DNA from: Octopus bimaculoides
Taxonomy: Eukaryota
DNA: 64,000 nucleotides
Assembly: GCF_001194135.2 (NCBI RefSeq)
Contig: NC_068992.1
Coordinates: 58,338,100-58,402,099, forward strand
Direction of reading: 5' to 3'
The position numbers were made by a program, and so were the translations under genes. Numbering within the stretch: the first letter of the stretch is position 1; each line of letters starts with the position of its first letter. The notes under the pieces are model-generated. The model was not told where the DNA came from, did no database searches, and was given only the letters and a program-made list of their open reading frames with translations. Positions 27,331 to 39,560 of this stretch are shown piece after piece.

Positions 27331-28974
27331 ATATAAGAGTGCAGGTAGGATGATGTCATACAGCATGAAAAATCACAGTCTTGACAAAAATATTCTAAAT
27401 ACAAACTATAAGTGTTGTGTATTACTCCTCTATATAACACATACAGATCCACTATGTGCAACAGAGAACTTCTATGCTAAGCTTTGAATATGGGCGAAGG
27501 AATGGGAAAAATTTAGATGACCTTATTTCAAGACTAAATGCCTTGTTACCCATTTGTTATGTATATGTTTTTATACAGTGTGTATTGTTCTTTATTGAGA
27601 TATTAACGGTTGCTGATATCCTATATGCTCTATTTGCTGAAATTATATCCATTAAAAAAAAACAAAAAAAACTATTAGTTTTCTTTGTTGAAACTTGCGT
27701 AATACCAATTCAAACATTTAAAATATGTAATCAATCAAGCAAAGGATCTCAGCAAAGTATACAAATATACATAAGCTCATATGTAAGTACACAAACAAGC
27801 ACAAATTACAAAAAAACATGGCCGTGTTATTGTTATAAATATAATAGGATGAAAGAGATATACATCTAGAAAGGAAATTTCTCTAAGACAACTAAATACA
27901 CATGTCTGGGTCAATTACCAGTAGGACAGAGAGATGTGATCAGATAAAATAGATACAAATACAACTAGCTAGAGAACTGCATTGGACTAAATGGACACCA
28001 CAGTTATTAATCAAGGAAGGGTCAGAAATGGTGATTACTGGTAGTTGAATGTCAGCTGAAGAACTGAGCCACAAATATGATCAATGATTGGATGTGAGCA
28101 ACCAAAAGAAACCATATATATGCATGTGCATGTGTTTGTGTGTGTGTGTGTGTGTATACACACACTTGGCTCTGGGTTCAATCACACTGTGTGGCACCTT
28201 GGGCAAGTGTTTTCTACTGTAGTCTTGGGCTGACAAAGCCTTATGAGTGGATTTGGTAGATGGAAACTGAAGGAAGCCCATTGTATTTGTGTGTGTGTGT
28301 GTGTATGTGAGTCAGTGTCTGTATCCCCTCCACCATTTGGTAATTGGTGATTGTATGTATGTTAACATCCCTATAACTTAGTGGTTCAGCAAAAGAGACT
28401 GATAGAATAAGTATTAGGTTTCAAAAAAGTAAGTCCTAGGACCGATTTGTTCAACTAAAAAAAAACTCTTCAAAGCAGTGCCCCAGCATGTCCACAGTCA
28501 AATTACTGAAACAAGTAAAACACACAAACATACATACATACATACATACATACATACATACATACATACATACATACATACATTCTTTTCCCAGATATTC
28601 TCAAACTTATATAAATGTGTGGTAGCTATTTAGTAAGATACTTATGCTTGTCCCTGGCAAAAAAAATCACCTCTACACCCTCTCAAATATCACCTACCCT
28701 ACCACCACTTAGTTGAACAAGTCTTTCCCTTTTGTCCCGTTTTCTCTTGTCCTTTCCTGTCTTGCAAGTTACTTGGCAACCCCACAAGTGCCATCGGTAT
28801 GGAAAAAGCACCCAGTACAGACTGCATTAGGAAGGGCATCAAGCTGTAGAAACCACTCCAACAACGACATGCAGCCTGATGCAGTGTTGTGGTTCACTGA
28901 ATCCTGTCAAACTGTCCAACCCATGCCAGCATGGAAAACGGACATTAAGTTACAGTCTTTCTCACAGTCCATCA

Positions 28975-29357
28975 ATGATGGATGCAGCTTCAACTGGTAG
29001 CAGAGGAGGTTTTAGAGGCAGTTTCAGTGGTAGAGGTCATTGTTGTGGACATGGTCAAGGATGTGGAAGAGGCTACAAAAGAGGTCATGGTGCTAAACAT
29101 GCTGACAAAGAATTGGTTCCTGTATATCTGAATTAAGGTTGTTTGGGGGATGTCAGCAAAAGCAAGACCCAATCATCCAATCATGGAGGCAGAAACCATC
29201 CGTAAGAGTTGAGCTCAGGAAAAAAAAAATCAATGAAGTTTTGAAGATAATGTCTACACAGAAACAAACTCAGGATGGTAAAAGAACATAATTTAAGGCA
29301 TTTACTGCCATTGGTGATCATGATGATCATGTAGGTTTGGGTGTGAAATGTTCCAAG
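28975..29357 (+). pseudogene. RPS2: Processed, 3'-truncated pseudogene of 40S ribosomal protein S2 (uS5)
   Basis: MMDAASTGSRGGFRGSFSGRG...ADKELVPV, then PIMEAETI, then [41 protein letters not shown]. These match the conserved RPS2 segments RGGFRG, KEWMPVTKLGRLV, PIKESEII and [42 protein letters not shown]. No intron is evident; stops and frameshifts are present. Confidence 0.93.
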
Positions 29358-29800
29358 TATGTGTGTATGTTTGTATGTATGTGTATATAAACACATCCTA
29401 CATGTAGACATAAGATATATGAATGCAAATACGAAGCAACAAAGTCAGTAAAGAAATTTTTTGTCAATAATCTGAACTGAACATAACAGGAAAGAAATAT
29501 GGTTCTTATACTAAAATATCAATATTAGTAAACATGACTTACAATGTTAATAGATGTAGTGGTGATGGTGTTAGTAGCAGACTTTGTATTAGTAGTAGTA
29601 GTAGCAGCAACAATAGTATCTCAACCACATGCTTCATTTGTAAAAGCCTCTCATTGCAAGTCACATAAAAAAAGTTTCTAGCTCAACACAAAAATGGCTG
29701 TAAGGGATATAAATTAATGAGACCGTTCACCAAAGGTAGCTTCATTCCATTCTACACTTAGCCAGTGCATCTCTAATAATAATAATGATAATAATAATAA

Positions 29801-30245
29801 TTGCCCTGATGCAGTACCAGGTGCTGGCTTTGCCCTGATGCCATATTAGGAACTGACTCTCATGGCTTCTGACCTTAACTAATTGGAAGTGTTATCCTGT
29901 ACATTGTTTTGTCTTGGTATAAAAGATGTGCTACAGCAAATATTCTGTTTAATACCACAGATTAGTTGTTTGATCTTAACCAGTTGAGCATGTCCATTGG
30001 TGGCTGACAATATGTGCATCTCTGATCACAAGCAGAAGTAGTGGGGGTGCATCATAGCCATGTGCTGAGAGGAATTCTTTGGCGTTTGAATAATTCACCT
30101 CTGGAAACACGGATGCTTCATTCAACATCCTTAAACAACCCTTATTCAAGGACCATTTGAGCAGGATGGGCTACTCCATCTTAAGAAAATTCTAACTGGG
30201 CCCCCACCTGCAAGGTCATGAACTGTTTATCCTGATGAGATCACC
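29801..30245 (+). mobile_element. Non-coding (TAA)n-embedded element sharing its 3' half with 3160-3460 and 32175-32360
   Basis: Shared block gaagaaaattctaactgg...ctgcaaggtcatg. Flanked by a direct repeat aataataatgataataataat (low complexity). Confidence 0.7.
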
Positions 30246-30458
30246 AATAATAATGATAATAATAATGATGATGCTTTCTAATATTGATACAAGGCCTGAA
30301 GTTTTGTGGTAGGTTACTCAATTAAATTGTCAATAGTACTCAGTTGGTACTTATCTTATCAATCCTGAAAAGATGAAAGGCAAAGCCAACTTGAGCAGTA
30401 TTTGAACTCAGAACATAAGGAGCTGGAGCAAAATGCCACCAAGCATTTTGTCTGATAT

Positions 30459-31126
30459 AGGGACATTGACTCCTACTTCAGAGTCGAGTAAAGACATCGA
30501 CCCCTGTGTCACAGTTGAGAAAGGGCATCAACCACTATGTCACAGTCATGAAAGGACATCGACCCCTACGTCACAGTTGAGTAATGGCACCAACTCCTAC
30601 GACTGAGTAAGGACATCATCTCCTATGTCATAGTTGAATAAGGACATTGACTCCTATGTCACAGCTGAGTAGGGACATTGACTCCTATGTCACAGCTCTG
30701 AGTAGGGACATTGACTCCTATGTCACAGCTGAGTAGGGACATTGACTCCTATGTCACAGCTGAGCAAGGACATTGACTCTTACTTCAAAGCTGAATAAGG
30801 AAATTGACTCTTCCGAGTCAAGTAAAGAAATTGATTCTGTCCAGTTGAGGAAGGAAATCAACTCTTTCCAGGTGGGGAAGGAAATTGATTCCTCAGTTGA
30901 GTAAGGACATTGACTCTTACTTCACAGTTGAGCAAGGGCATAAATCCTTCACAGCAGTGTAAGGGCCGTGACTCTTCAGTTGAATAGTGATATTAACTAC
31001 TACTTTACAGTTGAGAAAGGTCATTGACTCTTACTTCACAATTGAGTAGAATCATTGAACCTTACTTCACAGTGAAATGGTTGTTAACAGGAAAGATTTT
31101 CACTTGACTTCTACTTCACAGCCGAA
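30459..31126. repeat. 31-bp minisatellite, roughly 20 units
   Basis: Consensus ggacattgactcctatgtcacagctgagtag. Near-identical units at 30641-30780 and degenerate or shortened units at both ends. Confidence 0.92.
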
Positions 31127-34100
31127 TGGTTGTAAACATGAAAGACCTGCAATTGTGAAAAAAACAAAATGCCCCAACAAATGAAGCACTGTAGACATGC
31201 ACGCATGCAAAAATAAATGCAAATAAAAAATATGAAATATCTTACAATGACACAAATGCATATATTTATAAGAAGAAGGACATAGGTGACTGAATTAAAC
31301 CCAGAATATAACTGGTACTAATTTTCAAAAAGTTAAAAATTAAAAAAAAAAAAAAAATTATAATCATTCCAGTCAAGATTTGAACACAGAATGGAGAAAG
31401 ACAAAACCAATTACTACAAAGCTTTTAATTCAACACTATAATGATTTGGGCTATTTTCACTGCCCCCAATAATAATAATAATGATAAAGGTTTAAACTTT
31501 TAGCCCAACACCAGCAATTCAAGACGAGAGAGTCAGTCAGTTACATTGCATACTTGACAAATATTTACTTTATCAACCCAGAAAGAATGAAAAGCAAAGT
31601 TGATCTCGGTGGAATTTGAACTCAGAATGTAATGAGTCAGAAGAAATACCACAAAATACTTTTTCTGACAGGGCAACAATTCTGCCAGCTGGCTGCCTCA
31701 ATAATAATAATAATAATGCTTTCTGCTAGAGGCACATGGCCTGAAATTTCAGGGGAGGAGCTAAGTCAATTACATCGACCCCATTGTTCAACTGGTACTT
31801 ATGTTATCAACCTTGAAAGGGGGAAAGGCAAAGTCGAACCTGGCGGAATTTGAACTCAGAGTCTAAAGACAGACGAAAAGCTGTTAAGCATTTTGCCCAA
31901 TGTGCTAACGGTTCTGCCAGCTCACAACCTTCTCAATGATGACAATAATAATAATAATAATAATAATAATGGGTTCACATTTTGCCACAAGACCAGTAAT
32001 TTCGGGGAAGGGGTTAAGTTGATTACATTGACCACCCCAGTCGTCAATTGGCACTTATTTTATCGACCCCAGGAAGATGAAAGGCAAAGTTGACCTCAGT
32101 GGAATTTGAACACTAAATGTAAAGATGGACTAATAATATTATTATTAATAATAATAACAACAACAACAACCACTGAACCTGAAGAAAATTCTAACAGGGC
32201 CTCCACTTGCAAGGTCATGCACAGTTTTTCTTGCAAATATGGTCGTGATACACATGCCTGGTGTACCCTTATCAGATGGGTAGTCAGGATGAGTATACTG
32301 GACTTTGTATATTTGTACCCCAGTATCCCTTTGATGGCATGCACTGCTCTCTCGCTCAATAATAATAGTAATAATAATTCTTTCTACTATAGGCACAAAA
32401 TCTGAAATTTTGGGGGCAGGAACTAACCAATTACATCAACCCCAGTGTGCAACTGGTACTTATTTCAACAACCTGGAAAAGATGAAAGGCAATGATGACC
32501 TTGGTAGAATAATAATGATAATAATGATGATGATGATGATATTTGTGGTGGATAAAACTACTCAAAGTGTTTCGTTTCTCTCTACATTGTGCATTCAAAC
32601 GTCACTAGAGTCGATAATACTTTTTATTTTTCCAGTGGTGGGGGAATGGAAATCAAGAAAATATTGGAAGTACCAAGAAACTACTGGAGTTAATTCACTT
32701 GCTACACCCTTCACTTAAAAATCTGTAGCACTGTGCAAACACACGACATAAAAATGATGAAAATAATAATAATAATAGTAATAATAATAATAACAATAAT
32801 AATAATTATAATTCAGTAAGTGGTAATAAATTAATGCACACTCTATAATATAATACAGAAAAAATTATAAATAAAATGCATTTAATAACCTGTAAATGGT
32901 CAACTGTTTTCTTTAATTGACTTGCGTAGTTCCACGCTTGAAAAGCCTCTTGCTAAACATTTGTGGGGAATGAGACAAAGAGAGAGAGAGACACACAGGA
33001 TGAGTGAATAAAAGTGTGATACAGAGAGAGACAGAGAGAGGGTGAGAGAGCAAATAAATATATTCTCTCAAGAACAAATGTATTTCAACAAATACTGACT
33101 TCTTTTTACCAGGCACAAGGCTGTCTTTAAAATTAAGTTACATGGAGGAAGTGTGTGTGTGTGTGAGTGTATGTGTGTGCGCATGCGCGCAAAATGGCGT
33201 AGTTATCATGTTCATGCCTTTTCTAAAGACAGTAGAATAAATGTACTGAGATAATTTCAAATAGGAACTAAAACAGAGGAGGTGGGCTCACTTAACTCTG
33301 ATTCTTTTAACATTGATCTCTGATGAGAATATAAGGAGAAAGGAGATTATATGGCATGCATACTTTTCTCAAAAAGCATTTGAAATTCACCTATATTTAT
33401 CTTAATAGCTGTGTTTCCATGTTAGCAGGGTTAAATGAAAATATTACAGAGACATTAGTTTGCAGCCGGATGCCCTTCCTGTCACTAATCCTCATCTGTT
33501 TTCAAAAGTGGGATATCTTATTACATACACATCTCTGAAGAGACAGAGCCTGTGGATGATATATCAACAAGAAAATGACAGCAATAATTCATAGCTGAGC
33601 AATTTGTGGACAAGTGCAAAAGTAAACAAAAGAACACACACACATGGAAAGAACAGGCTACTTTCAGCTTCTGTCAATCAAGGCCACTCAAAGCTTTGGT
33701 CAACCCAGGGCACCCCAAACCATTTGGTTTGGAAGTAAACTTCTCAACCACACAGCCATATCTATGCCTATGTAATGAATGTGAATAAAGAAATAACTAC
33801 TGTATTTCCTGGCATACAAATCAAATAGACCAAAATTTACAGCCAGAATGGACAGGTTGACCTTATACACTAAGACAACTATGGAGGACAAAATTTTTAC
33901 GCGAAATGCAGCAGGGTTTAGAAAGATAGTGATGATACTTGAATGTTTACTCTACGTGATTGCACTATATACTACATAGAACTTATGTTAAGAAAATACC
34001 GTACAGATGATGTTTGGAATGAAGGCTTGGAATGAAGACTACTGCTCTACAGTGCCTTTCCCAAAGACATTATTGTAAGTCCAAAACCCCATTAAATACA

Positions 34101-34185
34101 TTTCCACCCATTTGTTTGCTCAAACATGTGAGGGCATGTACAATGTCTCTATATACATACATACATATATATATATATAGATATA

Positions 34186-34405
34186 TGAGGGGGAATGCTG
34201 AAAAGTTCCTGGCTTTAAGGATATCACAAAAGGCTTGATTGGAGGCCCAACTTTTTGAGTTCTTTTACAGGGCTTCGGAAAACTGAAGAATTGCTGTAAT
34301 AAGTGTGTGAATCTGTGAGGGGAATATGTAGAATGAAATCATAATTAACTGATTTTCCTGTATTTTCTTTTACCCAAAGCCAGGAACTTTTCAGCACCTC
34401 CCTCA
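34186..34405. mobile_element. Tc1/mariner-type MITE (220 bp)
   Basis: About 30-bp TIR tgaggg(gga/agg)tgctgaaaagttcctggcttt with TA on both sides. Confidence 0.85.
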
Positions 34406-35615
34406 TATCTATCTATCTATCTATCTATATCTATATAGAAAAATGAAAAATAATAATAAGGCAGAATGCTAAACTGGAAGCATATTTTAATAAAGATTTC
34501 TCTAACCGGCTTTCATTGTGAAGCAAATTTTCAAGAAGAGGGAGAATGAAAATGTTTTTTACAAAAAAGTACAAAATGAAGAAAATAATATATAAAAAAA
34601 TAACTATACCAATACATTATATTGTCTTTGAGCTTTTGAAGTTCAATGGTAATCCATGTATATAATGGTTGGAAAAATAAGGATGCATGAGAGTTTGAGA
34701 GTTGTGTTGTTTAAAAAAAGAGGTTAAAAGTTTGTGTTAAGCAGGAAGTGTGGTGTCAAAACAGGAAATGTGTATAAGGGGAGACAAATNNNNNNNNNNN
34801 NNNNNNNNNNNNNNNNNNNNNNNNNNNNNNNNNNNNNNNNNNNNNNNNNNNNNNNNNNNNNNNNNNNNNNNNNNNNNNNNNNNNNNNNNNNNNNNNNNNN
34901 NNNNNNNNNNNNNNNNNNNNNNNNNNNNNNNNNNNNNNNNNNNNNNNNNNNNNNNNNNNNNNNNNNNNNNNNNNNNNNNNNNNNNNNNNNNNNNNNNNNN
35001 NNNNNNNNNNNNNNNNNNNNNNNNNNNNNNNNNNNNNNNNNNNNNNNNNNNNNNNNNNNNNNNNNNNNNNNNNNNNNNNNNNNNNNNNNNNNNNNNNNNN
35101 NNNNNNNNNNNNNNNNNNNNNNNNNNNNNNNNNNNNNNNNNNNNNNNNNNNNNNNNNNNNNNNNNNNNNNNNNNNNNNNNNNNNNNNNNNNNNNNNNNNN
35201 NNNNNNNNNNNNNNNNNNNNNNNNNNNNNNNNNNNNNNNNNNNNNNNNNNNNNNNNNNNNNNNNNNNNNNNNNNNNNNNNNNNNNNNNNNNNNNNNNNNN
35301 NNNNNNNNNNNNNNNNNNNNNNNNNNNNNNNNNNNNCTAATGCCAACCACTCTGAGAGTGTAGTGGGTGCTTTTATGTGTCACCCGCACGAAGGCCAGTC
35401 AGGCGGTACTGGCAATGGCCACGCTCAAATGGTGCATTTTATGTGCCACCCGAACAAGAGCCAGTCCAGGGGCACTGGCAACGATCTCGTTTGAAAATCC
35501 TATGAAGGCCAGTCAGGCGGTACTGGCAACGGCCATGCTCAAAATGGTGTATTTTATGTGCCACCCGCACAAGAGCCAGTCCAGGGGCACTGGCAACGAT
35601 CTTGCTATTTCTTAA

Positions 35616-35726
35616 CCCCAGGAGAACATCTCCAACTGGTTAACAACCAGCTTCCCTGCTGGTTCCCCTGGTTGCAATACATCAGACACAAATTGTCATT
35701 AACCAGCCGGAGATGTTCTCCTGGGG
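35616..35726. mobile_element. 111-bp piggyBac-type mini-MITE
   Basis: 28-bp TIR ccccaggagaacatctcc(aa/gg)ctggttaa, with TTAA on the left and TTCA on the right. Confidence 0.75.
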
Positions 35727-36006
35727 TTCAAAAAGAATAGTAATATTGTTCCATATGGAACAGCCTGTTGATGTGGCAACGAACATTACTTTCCAGTATA
35801 CTTCCTACTTGCATCTCTTACAGATTTTAGAACTAGCTACTTTGCTTATATATGATTTCCATAAAATCCAGATTGGTTATAAAACTATCACATAAACAAT
35901 AGAACCAAGCAACAAACTATCACAAGTATCCATGGTTAAATTACTTACTAATTGGTGAAAAACGCATGATGCCAACAGTTAAAACCATTTAAGGCATCTA
36001 TATATG

Positions 36007-36037
<31 letters not shown>

Positions 36038-36216
36038 ACGTGTGTGTGTGTGTAGTAATGTCATGCCAACCTCCACTGTCCTTACCATAACATGAAGATA
36101 ATTAAGGTAGTCAGGAAATAGATAAGGCAACTGAAGTAGTCACAGTGTACAAAAGACTAATTAAGTGTAAAGTAGTTTTGAGACAAGGGCAACAGGATTT
36201 ATTGCTCTGTTCATAC

Positions 36217-36270
36217 CATAAACAGGGCTGGCAAATGAGAAAACAAAATGACCATTTTCAGGAAGTACTT
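36217..36270 (-). CDS. Candidate further exon (54 bp, phase 1-1): xVLPENGHFVFSFASPVY
   Basis: Acceptor attatttgcag| and donor ATG|gtatga, open frame in non-repeat sequence. Needs an unseen phase 0-1 exon upstream. No homology recognised. Confidence 0.3.
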
Positions 36271-36618
36271 CTGCAAATAATCTTGATAACTATTAACAGA
36301 ACCTTTGTTATCATGGCTGGTGTTTTTAAGAGACATCTCAGGCGACAGCATGATAGAGTCTATAGTATACATAGATATCATGAATACCGTTTATCTCTTA
36401 CTTGTTTCAGTCACTGGACTGTGGCCATACTGGAGCATTACCTTGAAGGGTTTTAGTTGAACAAATCAACCTCACTTCTTATGGTTAGTTACTTGTTCTA
36501 TCTCTTGGTTTCTTTCACCAAACCACTAAATTACAGGGACATTAACAAACCAAAACTAGTTTTTAAATGGTAGTGAAGGACACACACACACACACACACA
36601 CACAGACACACACACATA

Positions 36619-37884
36619 TCAAGTCATTAAGAATGAAATGTCTGATTTTAAACTGAAAGTTTATTTTACTTTATCTCAACAAAAAGCAATGCAGTTAATC
36701 AAAGTATGCACCTAAATTATCAACACAATTTTGCCATTTTATCGGAAGTTTATTATTCTGGCAGCGAAGAATTCTGGAGAGCAAGAGGTGATGAAATTAC
36801 GAAAGGCTGTTTTTGCATCTTCTTCAGATTTAAAGTTTTTTCCTTGCAAAAACTTGTTTAATGCCTGGAAAACATGATAATCATTAGGTGCAAGGTCTGG
36901 TGAATATGGTGGATGACAGAGTCTTTCAAGTTCAGTTCCTGCAACTTGAGTAGCATTCTTTGTGCAACATGTGGTCGAGCATTGTCTTGCAAGAGAACTG
37001 GCCTGTCTTTATTAACCAATCTTGATTGTTTAATTGCAAATTCACTCATCACTTCATCCAATTGGTTGATGTATACATCCGCTGTAATTGACCTACCAGG
37101 TCTCATGAAGCTGTAGCAAATGGCACCAGTGCTAGTCCACCAAACAGGTACCATTAGCTTTTTTTGGTGAATATTCTTTTTTGGATTGTGTGTTGGCACT
37201 TCGTCTCTATCCAACCACCATGCAGAATTTTGCTATTGTTGAAAAGAAACCAGTTTTCATCACACGTAACAATACAATGCAAAAATGGCTCACTTTTATG
37301 CCACGACAGTAAAGAAGAGCAAATTTCAAGATGATGTGTCATTTGATGCTAATTCAGTTCATGTGGTACCCACTTGTCCAGCTTCTATACCTTGCCGATT
37401 TGTTTCAGATGGTCCAATACAGTTGGAATTGAAAAATCATACCTTGCTACTAACTCGTGTAGTTTGAGGTGTATCCACTTCCACTACAATTTCCAGCTCA
37501 TCATTATCCACCTTGGCCTCAGATCTACCATGGGGCTGATTTTCAAGAGTAAAGTCGCCAGACCGGAACTTCTCAAACCATCGAGGTACAGTGTGCTCAT
37601 TTGCCACATCTTCACCAAACACCTCATTGATGTTTCGAGCTGTCTGGGATGCATTGGTTCCATGAGAGAACTCATACTCATAAACAACATGAATTTTTGA
37701 TCTATCCATAGGTTCACAAAAATTGATTGACAAGAGAAAACTCACAATACAACCAGACACCATGAACTGCAATTCGAAAAGTGATGATGTAACTCTTCAA
37801 GAATTGTCAGGATAAAACATTAGAGTTAATGACTTTCAAACTTGGTACATAAGAAAATCAAACATTTCATTCTTAATGACCTGA
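36619..37884 (-). mobile_element. Near full-length (1266 bp) mariner transposon with frameshifted transposase
   Basis: About 31-bp TIRs (tcaagtcattaagaatgaaatgtctgatttt versus tcaggtcattaagaatgaaatgtttgatttt) flanked by TA. Transposase motifs YEF...TARNINEVFG, IVTCDENW, MVPVWW and LLQDNARPH lie in different frames. Confidence 0.95.
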
Positions 37885-37887
37885 TAC

Positions 37888-37936
<49 letters not shown>

Positions 37937-37939
<3 letters not shown>

Positions 37940-38449
37940 CCTTTCTACTATAGGCACAAAGCCTGAAATTTGGGGAGACATGATTAGTTGATTACATCGA
38001 CCCCAGTGTCCATTGACCCTGAAAGGACGAAAGGCAAAGTCGACCTCGGCGGAATTTGAGTTCAGAGTGTAAAGTTGGAAGAAAAGCATTTTGTCTGGTA
38101 GGCTCACAATTCTGCCAAGAATGATTTTAAATTTTGGTATAAGAGCAGCAATTTTAGTGAGAGAGGGCTTAATCGGTTACATTGATCCCAGTACTGGGCT
38201 GGCCCTTTATTTTGTTGACCATGGAAAAATGAAAGGCAAAGTCAACTTTCCAGAGGTTTTGAAATCAGAGCATAAAATATTTGAAGAAATGTCACGAAGC
38301 ATTTTGTCCAACACATTAAAGATTCCACCACATGCTGCCTTACTACTACTAACAACAACAACAACAACAACAACAGCAGCAGCAGCAGCAGCAACAACAA
38401 CAACAACAACAGCAGCAGCAGCAGCAACAACAACAACAGCAGCAGCAGC

Positions 38450-38498
<49 letters not shown>

Positions 38499-39560
38499 AA
38501 GATGATTTCAAATTGTGGCACAAGGCCCGCAATTTTGGGGGAGGCGATAGGTTGGCTGCATTCAACTGGTATTCAACTTATTTTATCAACCCCAAAAGGG
38601 TGAAAGGCAAAGTTAACCTCAGTGGAATTCGAACTCAAAACATGAAGATGAAATGCTGCACAGCATTTCCGCTGGCGTGCTAACCATTCTACCAGCTTGT
38701 TGCCTTAACAACAACTACAATAATGATAATGGCTTCAAATTTTGCCACAAGGGCAGCAATTTTGAGGGAGGGGATCAGTTGATTACACCGACCCCAATAT
38801 TTCACTGGTACTGAATTTATCGACCCCGAAAGGATGAAAGGCAAAGTCAACCTTTACGGAATTTGGACTTGGAATGTAAAGATGGATGAAATACTACTAA
38901 GCATTTTGTTCAGGGTGCTCGATTCTGCCAGCTCAACACTTTTGACAAATTTTGGCACAAGGACAGCAGTTTCAGGAAGGGGGCTAAATCGATTACAATA
39001 ATGATAATAATAATAATAGTAATAAGCCCGGCTATGGAAAATGAAGAAGGTGAAGATAGTACCAATTATTGTCGAGCCCTTGATGACAGTATCAGAAGGC
39101 ATCAAGAGGAGTATAAAGGAAATTGGAATAGAATGCCCAGTAGAACTGTTACAAAAGATCTGCTTCCTTGGCACAGCCAGAATAATCAGGAAAGTGTTAG
39201 ATAGTTGAAAAGAATGAATAGCATGGTACTGTAGACTACAGGCAGCAAGCCCACTATGCATTCAAGATTCCAGGAGCTACAACAAAACCTGAGATAAAAA
39301 GAATAATAATAATAATGATCCTTTTTACTATAGGCACAAAGCCTGAAATTTTTTGGGGTGGGGGCAAAGTTGACCTTGGTGGAATTTGGTGGAATTTGGT
39401 GGAATTTGAACTCAGAATGTAAAGATGGTTGAAATGCCACTAAACATCTTTTCTGGTGTGCAAAGAAGGTTAGCAGTTTCAAAGGGAGGGTATAAGTTTA
39501 TTACATCAATTACAGGCCCCAATTATACTTATTTATGGACCAGAAAAAGATGAAAGGCAA
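37937..39560 (-). repeat. Head-to-tail pile-up of about 7 copies of the same SINE, separated by (AAT)n and (AAC/AGC)n
   Basis: Repeated gaaaggcaaagtcgacctcggcggaatttgaactcagaa motif, all in one orientation. Similar clusters at 5740-6890 and 31490-32510. Confidence 0.85.
39026..39301 (+). mobile_element. 3' end of a second R4/Dong-like element inserted in (TAA)n
   Basis: ARLWKMKKVKIVPIIVEPLMTVSEGIKRSIKEIGIECPVELLQKICFLGTARIIRKVLDS*, a 60-codon open frame. (AAT)n lies on both sides. Confidence 0.85.

Noticed and set aside
30459-31126. CRISPR-like periodicity
   Set aside because: The units are contiguous with no unique spacers, no cas genes are present, and the context is eukaryotic.
38091-38603. 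Long ORFs with poly-T, poly-A, poly-L or poly-V runs (also 18473-18658, 51978-52229 and 54947-55189)
   Set aside because: These are translations of trinucleotide microsatellites.
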